In this document: piece after piece, positions 41,340-54,199 of the stretch
Layout of the letters: the number at the start of each line of letters is the position of its first letter
Numbering within the stretch: the stretch's first letter is position 1
Source: Dicyema japonicum
Lineage: Eukaryota > Animalia > Dicyemida
Assembly: GCA_011109175.1 (NCBI GenBank)
Contig: RDEW01000047.1
Coordinates: 206,324 to 270,323, forward strand
DNA length: 64,000 nt
Reading direction: 5' to 3'
Translations under genes and position numbers: made by a program
Notes under the pieces: generated by a model
The model's database searches: none
What the model saw: only the letters and a program-made list of their open reading frames with translations
Told to the model about the DNA's origin: nothing

Positions 41340-41725
41340 ATCACATGGATTGACATCATCTTTACAGGATTGGACAATCATCGATGACTTGAGCAGATTC
41401 ATGTCTGAGAAAATATCAGTGAGCGTTGAGCCTAAAGCAAGACATTTTTTTGGCTACATGAAAATGTTGCGCCATCAACTCTGACGGGGTACAGGAGGCA
41501 AGTAAACTCCGAGTCTTCGGTAGTTAGCAAAAAGTGGGCAGGATGACAGTGAATGTAGTCTTTTCCTGTCAACTATCCCACCGCGTCGGCATCTGTGTTC
41601 CAAGTAGACATCGAGGCCTAGTCAAAGAGTAACCTTGGAGGCGGCCGGGATCACCTAATTAGTTTAATACAATTAAATTAACTATTGGTGTTCTTGGGTT
41701 AAATAAAAAAAATAAAAAAAAAACC
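41340..41725 (+). mobile_element. Family-B LINE 3' fragment
   Basis: GGGATCACCTAATTAG...GGTGTTCTTGGGTTAAATAAAA terminus. Confidence 0.7.
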
Positions 41726-42249
41726 TCATCACGAATAGTATCGCCATCCAGCAGATAATTTACTGCACGAACCGGGAAGTCAGTGAACCGAATTATTAAT
41801 TAATAATCAACAAATTTATAAGAATTTCCTTAGTTACAGAACTTAAGTTTTCTGTTTTTATATAAATCCCCTTGTTCCCCACTAAAATCATCTTTTTGTT
41901 TCCTTCAGTTTATGCGGTCAATTACATAGTTCAGTCACGAATCTAGATAAGCTCTGTTTTTCCTTATTCTCTAAGGTAGAAACATTCATTAAAGTCATCT
42001 TTAAGTTGTTTTACACATTTCTCAGCCATGAATCGAGAGAAACGGATTTTCTCCTTGCGGTCAAAATTGCTTTTGTCATTCTCAATATTTTACACTGATA
42101 ATATAATTAAAAAATTGACGAATAAATTGTATTTACGTCGAATAATAGTGAATAAAATCTTATGGAAATCAAAAGACCTAAAATATTAAAACAAATGAAA
42201 TCAGAATCTCTAACACACTTAATGTGTTCATCTAAATAACCTCCCGTAA

Positions 42250-42597
42250 TATTCCATTAATATCTTCTCTTAGAAGAAGAGTGTGCCATAACCTCCCTGT
42301 TACTCCGCATCTCCACATCATATTCAGTCAAAATATCTCCGTTAGAGTCCAGTGGGTTGTCTTCACGGCATGCCAGTTCCACAAGTTGGGAGGTAGCAGA
42401 GGCGTACTCTTCATCGTATACCTTCATCCCATGCTTATGTTCAATGAGCATACTTTCGAGCGTTCTCTTCAGTACAACCGATTGGATGTAAGTCCTCGTT
42501 GATTCTTCAATAGATAATTTATCCATATGATTCTTGAAGCATCTTGAGACAACTCCATCCCATGTCAAAACCACTGGAATAATCTTCACTTGGCATT
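42250..42597 (-). mobile_element. RLE-type non-LTR 3' remnant
   Basis: ORF 42257-42589 KIIPVVLTWDGVVSRCFKNHMDKL...YIQSVVLKRTLES. Confidence 0.8.
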
Positions 42598-42705
42598 NNN
42601 NNNNNNNNNNNNNNNNNNNNNNNNNNNNNNNNNNNNNNNNNNNNNNNNNNNNNNNNNNNNNNNNNNNNNNNNNNNNNNNNNNNNNNNNNNNNNNNNNNNN
42701 NNNNN
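42598..42705. other. Assembly gap (N run)
   Basis: Run of N. Confidence 1.
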
Positions 42706-45250
42706 TGTTGTGAAAATTGTTGTATAAGACTTTTCGGGACTTGTATGTAGAATGTTCTTAACGAGCCAACAGTTCAGATCGTCCAATGAAGCTTGTAGCC
42801 GGTAAATAGCAGTATGAACGCAATGGTCTTTGACTGCGACGAATATATCATTCGCATATGTCAGAACCAGAGTATTTTCACTGATAAGGGACCCAATTTG
42901 GAAGGAACTAAGTCACTGACCTAGTTTTTCCAGCAGTCACTCTTCCTCTTCTTCCATTTAAGAAATTAGAATCCAGATTTTCAGGTTGTTTGGGATTTTT
43001 GACATGAGAATCTTCCTTATCAAAAGCTCTCTTGGGACAGTGTCGAAAGCTTTTTCTATATCGATGGAGCATATCAATGACTTCTGATGAAGTTTGCGTT
43101 TTAAGTCATTCTTGATAAAATTTGTANGTCACTGACCTAGTTTTTCCAGCACTCACTCTTCCTCTTCTTCCATTTAAGAAATTAGAATCCAGATTTTCAG
43201 ATTGTTTGGGATTTTTGACGTGAAGATCTTCCTTATCAAAAGCTTTCTCGAGACAGTGTCGAAAGCTTTTTCTATATCGATGGAGCATATCAATGACTTC
43301 TGATGAAGTTTGCGTTTTAAGTCATCCTTGATGAATTTTGTAAGGCATGTAAGATGCGTTTCTGTGGAGTGCCCTTTTCTGAATCCGTGTTGAAAAGGTG
43401 CGTCAGGAAGGTATGGTTTGATTAGTTCAAGAATCAGCTTTTCCTGAATTTTTGATGTAACACATATGAGAGATATTGTTCTGTATGAAGCTGGTGATCC
43501 CTTTGGTCGCCCGGGTTTCAGAATAGGTCGTATGTTTGATATCTTCCATATGGAAGGAAAACAATTTTCGTTGATTGAAAAGTTGAAAATTTTGGTGAGG
43601 GCCATGATAGCATAGGGGTCTATGTTTTTCAGAACTATTGCAGGGATTCCGTCCGGACCGTAGGAGTAAGTTGACTTTTGACCCATAACCATTTTCTGCA
43701 CGTTCTCCACAGAGAAGACAATCGGGTAGGTAGTTCTTTTAGTTTAGAGGGCTAGGATGGATGGACCTTCGAATTTTTTGTGTGGGATGAAACTCGTGGA
43801 GGAGTAGTACTTCATAAGTTTGTTTAGCAAGACCTTGTTTTCCATTTCTTCACGTGCGGCCGGGTTGTCAGCGTTAATAAAGCTTCTAAGTGTTTTCCAC
43901 ATTTTTGTAAGTGAGTTCTGCTTGTTTAGATTGGACATGAGGTTTTTCCAAACTTTCTCTTGTTTCTTTCCATTGTTCCTGATCTCTCCTTCTAATTTAC
44001 GAATTCTCAATCTTGTTTCCCAGGATTGTATTTAAAGGCTTTTTAGGTAATTTCTTTTTTTATGAGTGGATCGGCTCTGGGAGAAGGCATCTTTCTTGAA
44101 CTCAATGGCCTTCTTTTAATACAAATTTTCATTCCCTCGCGTACCACTCTATTAAAGTAGTGTAGTGCTTTATCGATGGAGTTGAAATTGGATAAATGAA
44201 AGTCAAGTAGATAATAGTCGACAAAATTTGAGAAATTTTCCCAGTCGACATTTTTGTAGTCGGTAAATAAAACAGGTTTCTTTACAATTGACACTCTTCC
44301 TTCAAACTTAATCATAACGAGATTATAGTCACTGTTGGTCTCGTATAGCACTGTCCATTTTGTTAATGTTGCGATGTTTGGTGAGGCAAGAGTGAGATCG
44401 GGGGACGATGTCCTGTCATTCGATCTGTAGGGAGTCCTTGTATTGAATATAGGGTTGTTTAATATTACCAGTTCATCCAGATTTGATAACAATTGGTTTC
44501 CTCTGACATCGCATGGTTGGTTCTTGAACCATGTCGAATGCTATGTGTTTAGGTCTCCACAAAGTAACATATTTTTTGATTTGTCGACGTCTGACAAGGA
44601 GAAACTGAATTCCTTGAGGCATGAGTTAGGCGATGGTACATACACATTCAATATGTTTATGTTTCCGATGCTTGTCTTGACTGAAATACCAATATATTCG
44701 ACGGAAGACATTAAGTTGACAAAAGTTTCGTTTCCGTACGGAATTTCTTTTATGTTTATGTTTCCGATACTTGTCTTGACTGAAATACCAATATATTCGA
44801 CGGAAGACATTAAGTTGACAAAAGTTTCGTTTCCGTACGGAATTTCTTTTTTAATAAGGGTAAACAGTCCACCACCCATGCCAGCTGGGCGGTCACGCCT
44901 GATGACGTGATAGTTTGTAAAGACGGGAGTGGAAGAAGACGGAGTTAGTCTTGTTTCTTGAAGTAGGTAAATGTCAGTATTATACTTTTTTAAGAGGTTT
45001 ATGAGTTCGAGGATTTTCCTTTTCATTCCATTTATGTTTAGTTGAATCAAAATAAGGGGTTTTGGAGGTCAAGGATTAGGGTTTACATCACCGGAAAGCA
45101 TTCAAGACAAGAGAGAGAGGCAAGTGGGGCGACCGTCCAAAAAGGACATTTCTTTAAGATTGGACGTAGTGGATGGTTCTTTTGTCTGGGACATATAGTC
45201 CACAGTTTACGTCACCAAAAACGGCGAACCACATGACGTTCTAAGACACG
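42706..45250 (-). mobile_element. Family-B LINE with intact-looking 5' end, 3' part lost in the gap
   Basis: CGTCATGTGGT at 45238-45228; IQLNINGMKRK, LLQET, LCGDLN, SYRTISL, QHGFRKG, DIEKAFD. Confidence 0.88.
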
Positions 45251-45348
45251 CAAAAAATCTTAATGAGGACTCGAACAAAAAACTAATTAATGAAATTATA
45301 TTTACTAAATTTATTAATTTTATATTTAAAAAGTCTGTTCTGCGTATT

Positions 45349-46259
45349 ATGGACGTTGTGAATTTTAAATCACAAGCAGAAATGTATAAACTAAAATTAT
45401 ATATAGTCACACAAATTTATGCCAGAAGATCGGAATGGAACCTTTAAAGTACAAGCACGGTACAACCATATGTGGTCTGATCTTCAAGGTAGTCATTTAA
45501 GTATACAAAAGGACGGAGTTGTTCTAGCTGCAGACACAAGGGCCACCATGGGTTCAGTCATAGCAAATAAACACACTCAGAAAATAGTTCCTGTGGCTGA
45601 TAACATATAGTAAATTTGAATTTTTACATTTAGTGTAGCTGGGGCAGGGACATCAGCGGATCTGGATAAAGTCCCCCTGTTAATGAAATGTCAGCTGGAG
45701 TTACATTGCCAGACAACTCGAAAACCAGCACTTGCTTGTACAGCACGTGAGATGTTCCGTCAGCATCTGTTCAAGTATAGAAGCTGTCTCATTAAAGATA
45801 TGAAGGGCATTTGGGATGTCACATGGTGATGGGAGCTGTGGATAGGACTGGAAAGTATTTGTACCGAATCAGCAATAATGGGTACACCTCATCGACTCCT
45901 TTTGCTGCTGATGGTTGAATTGCCCTGTAATTGTAGGATCTGGCTGTCTTGCGGCTGTGTCCATTTTGGAAGCGTTCTACACCCATGACATGGATGAGGC
46001 CATGGCTATAAATCTAGCGGCAATGGCTGTGGACGCGGGGAGACAGCTTGATCTGGGTTCTGGGAATGATATTGATGTTTGTATTATTAAGAGTGACGGG
46101 AGTCGGCTTATCAGAGGATTTAGCCAACAGCCACCCTCAGTGTTGTTTTTGTGTTTATTCGATAGTGTCAATTCTATGACGTATCCCGCAAATACTACTT
46201 CCGTTCTTATGGAGAAAGTGATTGAGTATTCCGTGGAGACTGAAATGGTCATTGATTAG
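45349..46259 (+). CDS. PSMB7: Proteasome subunit beta type-7 (beta2)
   Basis: Propeptide then G|TTICG, ADTRAT, GAGTSAD, GSG, DLGSGNDIDVCII; six introns of 23-24 nt. Confidence 0.93.
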
Positions 46260-46479
46260 ATATAACTTTGGCTCTTGATTAGATTCCTTTCTTGCTTTTT
46301 ACTGTTAATATTTCAGCTTAGAATGGCTCTGGTGCGGCTGCATCCCCCAAATACTACTTCCGTTCTTATGGAGAAAGTGATTGAGTATTCTGTGGAGACT
46401 GAAATGGTCATTGATTAGATATAACTTTGGCTCTTGATTAGACTTCCTTTCTTGCTTTTTACTGTTAATATTTCAGCTT

Positions 46480-46640
46480 AGAATGGCTCTGGTGCGGCTG
46501 GAAGTATTACAGCCTCTTTCCTAAAGGAAATCGGGGGGGGGAAATTGGCCCACCGCAAGAAAGACGTGCGGGAAGCGGTCTGGCTGAGGAAACGCTTACT
46601 CCGTGATGTCAGCAGCCGCTCTCCCCCATAGTTAATAAAT
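46480..46640 (+). mobile_element. CRE-like 3' stub
   Basis: FLKEIG.KLAHRKKDVREAVWLRKRL followed by an AATAAATAA tail. Confidence 0.55.
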
Positions 46641-48429
46641 AATATTTTATTGTTAATATATTTTTCACAAAAAAAAGAATGCCTTTAATTTGACAAGTTT
46701 GATTTCTCATAAGCTTGAGATTTATCCTAAGAGAGAAGGTATTCGTGACTGTGATGGTACTACTTGCTTAAAGTTTTGAAAAAGGGTCGAAAGCTTCTAT
46801 CTTCCACCCAGAGGTAGACTGTCTACACAATAGGAGTTTGAGTCTCATCTTAACGGTCACCAGGAGCAGTAATTCTAAGCACTGATCTCAGGAGGTCTGG
46901 CTCCATTATTTTGTTATCTTCTGAGCCCAGTATGCCACAGATGGACACGAAGTCATGTATTCTTTCANATTTTTCACAAAAAAAAAGAATGGCTTTAATT
47001 TGACAAGTTTGATCTCTCACAAGCTTGAGATTTATCCCAAGAGAGAAGGTATTCGTGACTGTGGTGGTACTACTTGGTTAAAGTTTTGAAAAAGGGTCGA
47101 AAGCTTCTATCTTCCACCCAGAGGTAGACTGTCTACACAATAGGAGTTTGAATCTCATCTTAACAGTCACCAGGAGCAGTAATTCTAAGCACTGATCTCA
47201 GAAGGTCTGGCTCCATTATTTTGTTATCTTCTGTCCCAGTATGCCACAGATGGACACGAAGTCATGTATTCTTTCAATTTAGGTTTCGTTTTCTGACCGA
47301 GTCAAGATTTTCATTTGGTCATGTTATATTAATTGCTGGAGATGTTGTAAACTCTACATTCGATATGATAAGCTGGAAGATCTTTTTCTTTCAGTGTGAG
47401 TGGTCAACAGGAGTAGATTTTAGGGCATTATAGATCTAAAGGGTGAGTTCTGCACTGTGATAGTAGTTGAATTGCCTTCGGTATGTGATAAAGTTAATGA
47501 AGAATTCAACGGGGATGGAGACATGATATCGGTTTGACACAGTCTCCCGGAGAAGAAATTTGTGTACCAGGACTTCCAAACTGAGGGGATAGTCGAGATT
47601 TTGATTTTGCTGGAAAGAACTACAGGGGAAAATCGGTCAAATGTTTTTTCCCGGATTAATGGAAATATATACGGGTTTTTAGAGCAAAAAATTGTTGAAG
47701 TCGTCGGTAATAAACTGGAGAGGTTGGAAGTTGTCAAATGGAGGGGTCGATGTCTATGTTTTTAGTAAAGTTGAGGTGGCAGAAATTTCGGTAAAAGCTA
47801 TTCTTTCCAGAGTCTACGATATCTAGAGATCCAGATATCAGTTAATCCAAAATACAGAGACCATTATGGGCTTTTAAGGAGAGTTGGTTGGTTGCGATTG
47901 AATATATATGTTCTTACTCTCCATGGTGGTTGAACTTACTGTGATCGAATATCTTATGACAGAGAAGAGTCATATTAAAATAATAAACAATTATTCGCTT
48001 GAGGATTAAGACTAGAATCGATTTGGTTGAGCTGGTGAATTATTATAGTTTTGATTTTGGATCAAGACTAACCTAACTTTTGTTGAATCAAAGAGCATAT
48101 CCTCACGCTTCAAGTTCAGAGAAGACATGTCCTCCCCCGGAGTAAGAAGATGAAGTCGATAAGTAGATCATTTGATTCTAGTTCTCTGCATATGATGTTT
48201 TTAAAATTATGTAATTATTCATAGTTCAGCCGTTGTGGTAGTATGTGGGAGAAACATATAGTATGTTGGTATCCTCTCATTTTGAAATGTATTCCTGTGA
48301 CATGTTCTTAATTATTTTAAAGGATTTCTTCATTCAGAGCTGATGAATAGACAAAGAAGAATGATCAACCATTTCCTTTACAGTCCAATAACCACGATCC
48401 ACTGACCCCAATGATACTTTCGGTCAATT

Positions 48430-50200
48430 TATTTATAAATTCCCTCTTAAATGGTCAAAAACCGCTTAAAATATGCGAGAACGCGGGTCTTTATCTATAA
48501 AACCCTGAGGATAAAGCAAACCACTTCGCCAAACACTTCGAGACACAGTTTAATCCGTTGGGAGTGAATATACCTAAATTTATTGGAAATTTAAGACTTA
48601 CTAACAAAATTGCAGTAAAGGAAGTAACAAATGCATTCTATAAAAGCAATCGTTCAGCTGATGATGGCATCTCGGGCGAGTTACTAAAACATGCTCCGGT
48701 TATTGTTGGGAATATAATCATGGATATATTAAACAAGTCTATGGAACTTCACTGTTCACTTCCATTAGGGCATGGAGTTTAATTCCCATACTCAAACCTG
48801 GGAAAAGAAAAAGATCACTGGATGGATTAAAGCCTATTATTCTACTTTCAACTATCAGGAAGACATGATCGATCATAGTGCTTAACCGTATACCAGAGCC
48901 CCATACTCAAACCTGGGAAAAGAAAAAGATCACTGGATGGATTAAAGCCTATTATTCTACTTTCAACTATCAGGAAGACATGATCGATCATAGTGCTTAA
49001 CCGTATACCAGAGCCGGTGGACAAATACCTTTCCCAAAGTCAAAGTGGGTTTAGAAGTGGAAAGTCTACCTCAGATATCGTGTGGAGTCATCGGTGACTT
49101 AAATCAATATGTCAGAAATATATGAAAGTCATCTACATCCTAGGAATTGAACTAACGAAGGCTTTTGGCAGCATAAACAGCGAAAACCTCATGAATATCC
49201 TAAAGGAACTTTTTGACGAGGACTTCCTGAGACTAATAAGTCTATTACTTTCCTGAACTGACCTATCCGTGAGAATAGGAACTAAGTATTCAAAAAGTTT
49301 CAGTACTAATGTGGGTACTCCACAAGTAAATTCATCATCGCCAATTCCCTTGATGAATATCCTAAAGGAACTTTTTGACGAGGATTTCCTGAGACTAATA
49401 AGTCTATTACTTTCTTGAACTGACCTGTCCGTGAGAATAGGAACTAAGTATTCAAAAAGTTTCAGTACTAACGTGGGCACTCCACAAGTAAATTCATCAT
49501 CGCCAATTCCCTTGATCATATACTTCAAAGCTCCCCTCAGGGAGCAGAGGAAAGATATGGGTCCCAAATACGAAGACATAATCGAATTACTATATGCAAA
49601 TGATGTGGACTTTGTGTTCCTGACCAGTGAACACTNGGGCACTCCACAAGGAAATTCATCATCGCCAATTCCCTTGATATACCTCAAAGCTTCCCTCACG
49701 GAGCCGAGGAAAGATATGGGTCCCAAATACGAAGACATAATCGAATTACTATATGCAAATGATGTGGACTTTGTGTTCCTGACCAGTGAACACTTGACTA
49801 AATTTTACTCTAAGGCAAACTTATTTTGAAAAAATAAGATCTGTGTATAAACATTACAAAAATTGATTATCACGAATACAACGAGCAAAATCAAGAAATG
49901 GTGAATTCTGGAGACATCCAAACAACTCGGCTCACTACTAGGTGATGCTGAGGATATTTTGCCAAGGAACATGCCGGCTACCATAATTTCAAAAATGTAC
50001 AAATCTGGATAAAAAAAGCATGTATCACTGAAACTTCGTGTCAGACTATTCGACACGTTTGTTAAGCCAGTATTGCGATACAATTCCGGAACATGGGAAA
50101 TTTCTAAAAAACGATTTACTTTTCACAGAAGCCAACTACGCATATTGACTGGAATCTTCTGGCCGATAAAAATCTCAAACGAAAAATAATATGTTATTTT
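48430..50200 (+). mobile_element. Degenerate RTE-like LINE (RT region) with duplicated segments
   Basis: LPLGHGVLIP, SQSGFR, GTPQG, LLYANDVD, KQLGSLLGD, LFDTFVKP. Confidence 0.85.
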
Positions 50201-50259
50201 ATCGAGAACTATTTGGACATATTCTCAGACTGGACCCGACTACGTCATGTAACATGAAT

Positions 50260-50800
50260 ATAAATTACCACGGCATCGTGGACCATTTTCAAGGAAATCT
50301 CCCTTGAGACGTCATTACTATCGCAACAACGAGGACCTTGTAACCAAGCATCTGCCCAATCTCATTTGCAAGCAAGTCATACGTACTGTTTTTCTCCAAC
50401 CTCTATAGTCTGCAAACGGTCTTGGGACGTAATGCCAGCTTCTATATAAGACTTGGTCAGAATCCTTATCATATACCAAAATTTCAGGTTTATGAGGCTT
50501 GACTAGCACCGAGGTACGGATAACACTGTCTACCTTAATTTGGACCCAGGTGTTATCTACTACAGATTGCACCTTATGAGTCCGCAACTTTCTGGTGTAG
50601 CGAATACCATACTTATTGCATAGTAGAAGATGAAGACTCCTTATTACCTCGTTATGCCTCCACACATAGTCGTGGCAGACCATGGGTCCACACCGAGTAG
50701 CTAAATGATCAACCGACATGCTCCTTGACTTACAATGGGGACATGTATTTGTTGATCGACACTAAAAAATACAGCGCCTCTGATCGAGGTGAGTTGTCAC
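50260..50800 (-). mobile_element. RLE-type non-LTR remnant (zinc knuckle and PD-D/ExK region)
   Basis: SVDHLATRCG...HDYVWRHNEV...HKPEILVYDK. Confidence 0.85.
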
Positions 50801-50896
50801 CGTATTTTAGCCATATTGTCGACGAGTTAAGGTCGACATGTGGGTTGTCCAATGCTCTAAAGAAGACCTTATGAAGTTAAGTTTATTCTTTTCCAT

Positions 50897-51209
50897 TATT
50901 TATTTTATTTATTTATTAACCCCGGATACACCGAGAAAGAAGTTAAAGTAAATAACTAGTTAAGTGTATCCAGTTTCCACTTCTACAGAAACAGAGTCCA
51001 TCCGGAACCACCATAAAAGGTAAAAGACGTCCATAGTTGCAGTTGCGGAAACCCCTACAGTGGAGTGGGAGAGAGCAAATGATCCTTTTTCGTTCCAGCC
51101 TGGCACTGGGCGCCACTCTAATAGGAAGAGAGAGGAGGAACAGACGAACAAACAGAAACTTCAATCAATTAGCCACGAAGCACCACATGACGCCACGTGG
51201 CTATTTCAA
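50897..51209 (-). mobile_element. Complete bipartite non-autonomous element of family B (313 bp)
   Basis: Perfect 10-bp TSD TCTTTTCCAT (50887-50896, 51210-51219). Head GCCACGTGGCGTCATGTGGTGCT inside an 8-bp hairpin; family-B 3' stem-loop and (AAAT)n tail. Confidence 0.85.
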
Positions 51210-51598
51210 TCTTTTCCATCAAATTATTATGTTGTAATTCGATCAACGCCTTCACATTTACTAATCCACCATCATCAACACCATACATAGCTGACAAAAA
51301 AGGTCTGATAGTGCCTAGGTGTGTTTTCTGGGTCGTTATTATGGCGTGCTTCCTAGCAGACACACTTGACCCAGCTATCAGGGTGTCGTGCATTCGCATA
51401 AGGATGCGCTCACTTAGTTGGACTACTCCACACAGTCCACGGCCGAATTTATCAAAAAGTAAATATAGTCTCTCTTTACTGACTGTCAGCACATGGACAT
51501 GGTTCTCTCTGAGTACTCCACAAATAAATTGTTTTATTAATTTTTTTTAAAATTAAATAAACGATTGTTTTCAGATTTTCTATATCCTTGTTGTAAAT

Positions 51599-52635
51599 AT
51601 GAACGTGAAAAGACATTTGTTTGTAGGTTGTAATAAAATAATAAAGATCAAGGTGGACTGCCAGAGAGTGCCGATGATAAATTACTCGAAGCAATTTTTA
51701 CTCCTTTCGGTGAAGTATTAGAAGTTCAAATCCCAATGGACTACAAAACTGAAAAGAACCGAGGATTTGCCTTCGTAGAATTTGAGACTCCCGAAGAAGC
51801 AGCCTCAGCTGTCGACAACCTAGTAGATCCTTTACTCACATTAGAACGACTCCGAACTGTATGGGAGGACCCTCAAAGTTCACTACAACAATCCATCAAA
51901 AAGAGGAGAGGCCACTTCTAAGCCCGGTACTCATTTTAGTCATCCTAGTTTGGAACACTGAGGGATGGTTTGACAGATACACTGAAGCTCCCCCTCCTGA
52001 AGAAGGAGAGGAAGAACTGCCCGTTGTTCAGTCAAAGGAGACTGAGCTGACTGAACAGACGAAAGAAGAGACGGTTCCTGTTTCTGGTCCAAGTGGATTT
52101 CCCCTGGTGTACTTGGAGGTGACCATTGGGGGAGTAAAATCTGGGAGGATTTGCATTCAGCTGAGGACTGACGTGGTCCCTATTACTTGTGGTAAACTGT
52201 AGAAGTGATTTGTAGAGAATTTCCGTTGCCTGTGCACTCACGAGAAGGGGTTTGGGTTTCGTGGAATGGCCTTTTATCGAGTGATCCCAGACTTTATGTG
52301 CCAGGCAGGGGATATCGTCAACAACAACGGGAGTTTTGGGAAATCCATTTATGGGAGGAAGTTCAACGACGAGAATTTTGAGTTGAAGCACATGGGGCCG
52401 GGAACTGTGGCGATGGCAAATTCAGGGATAAATACGAACTCTTCCAACTTTTATATAACCTTTACGAAGACTTCGTGGTTGGATGGTAAGAATGTTGTAT
52501 TTGGGACAGTCATGGAGGGTATGACTGTGTTGTATAAAATTGCGGTAATTGGAGGTTTTACTGTAGGCTATGGGGACTAAGAGTGGGAGACCACGAAAAA
52601 AGATTACTGTGTTTGACTGTGGACAGATTAATTAA
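51599..52635 (+). CDS. PPIE: Peptidyl-prolyl isomerase E (RRM + cyclophilin)
   Basis: LFVGGL and RGFAFVEF (RNP2/RNP1); [47 protein letters not shown]; five introns of 22-26 nt. Confidence 0.93.
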
Positions 52636-52999
52636 TTTTTGTTAATTTTAATTTTCATTACCTGTTTGGTTAATTTGGAGGTTTTACTGTAGGCTATGGG
52701 GACTAAGAGTGGGAGACCACGAAAAAAGATTACTGTGTTTGACTGTGGACAGATTAATTAATTTTTGTTAATTTTAATTTTCATTACCTGTTTGGTTAAT
52801 TCTGTAAAATTTTTCCCCATTTTATATATTTTTTCTTGTCACCTTGAGTTGGAAAGGATACGTCTTAACCATTATTGAGAGACTTAATGCACGTGTATTA
52901 GAAATACATTAATTATAGGTCTGTGTTTGTTTACCTCACCACGTAAATATACATAAAATTATTCCAAAGACCAAGAGTTAAATCATGCGGTCATGTGCC

Positions 53000-54100
53000 G
53001 CTCAGTGCATGTTCTGCATGTAAAAGACACGTTTGACGTTCCCAACCCCTTTACGACCTTCATAAGGGTAGCCTATCAATTTCCCCGTTTTCTCTTTGCT
53101 ACTTCTGGGTGATGATATAGAACCTAATCAAGGAATCTGAAATACGACTCTAAACTGATTATTCCACAATTAAATGGAATCTGCAATAAAGTCAACTATG
53201 TTCCCTCTTACCCCATTTTAAAGTCGACATTGCTCACATTCAAGAATCAATGTTCTCTAGAACTTTCCTCACCCTTTGTTTTCCAAACTATTATGTACGC
53301 CTTGTCAAAAGTGTTAAAGAAGCTTGTAGTAATGTTAATCTCACATGTTCTACAATTCCCTGATTTTCAACATGGCTTCAGATCAGGTCGTTCTACAACG
53401 ACGCATTTGGGCTCTGTCTCCTAGTTCATCACAGAAGGCTTCAACTTGAAGACGCACTTACGTACGGCTCTGGTGTCTATCGATATACAAAATGCCTTCG
53501 ACTGTTTCGAGACACTCCTAACGAAAAAATAATTCGAGTTTATATCCGAACATCATGCTATGGTTCGAATATTTCTTAACTGGCCAACGTGGAAGAGTCC
53601 AAATTAGTAAAACTACTTCAAAATCAAGACTACTCCAATATGGAATCCAACAAGGCTCCCGTTTACCCCCTATCTTGTTTAACTTAATTCTATACGACAT
53701 ACCTACTACTAAAGATTATGACACAGTGTTTTTATCTTTCGCGGACGACCTGATTATCGGAGCAAGGGATAAATCTCCTTCCAGGGTAGTGGCGGTGGTT
53801 CAGTCACACCATAACCTGTATCTGCATCCAAATCTCAGTTCATCCTATTCATTAAGGACAGGAAATTTAAAGGTGGACTGAGGTATTCTCTGGAAACATT
53901 CCTATTCCTTCCACGCGAATTCAGAAGATCCTTGGAGTAACATTCGACTCCTTCAGTCATATGGAAATAGGGGCTTCGAAGTTGGAACGTTCTAAAGGCT
54001 CTCATAAAGAAGAGCAACGTCCCACCTGCAGCTTGTATAAGTAAACTCTATATTCAAGTTATTGTGCAGACAATTGAATATTCCTGTTCTTCTTAGCTCT
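53000..54100 (+). mobile_element. Decayed family-B LINE (RT)
   Basis: FQHGFRSGRSTTTHL, DIQNAFD, GIQQGSRLPP, FADD. Confidence 0.8.
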
Positions 54101-54199
54101 TTCCTCTTTGAGGTTCTGTCCTTTAGAAGGCCAGGCATTGGACGCCTCTTGAATAATGTGGATCCGATGAGAAAATCCTCAATAAAGTAGTCACATGGA

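Noticed and set aside
41750-42110. MILVGNK (small GTPase-like) and 21-23 nt GT-AG candidates on the minus strand
   Set aside because: No stop-free spliced model and no other GTPase motifs (GxxxxGK, DTAG) found.
46680-48010. Possible + strand spliced gene after PSMB7
   Set aside because: Some protein-like stretches and intron candidates, but no consistent frame; the region also contains an artefactual duplication. Left unannotated.
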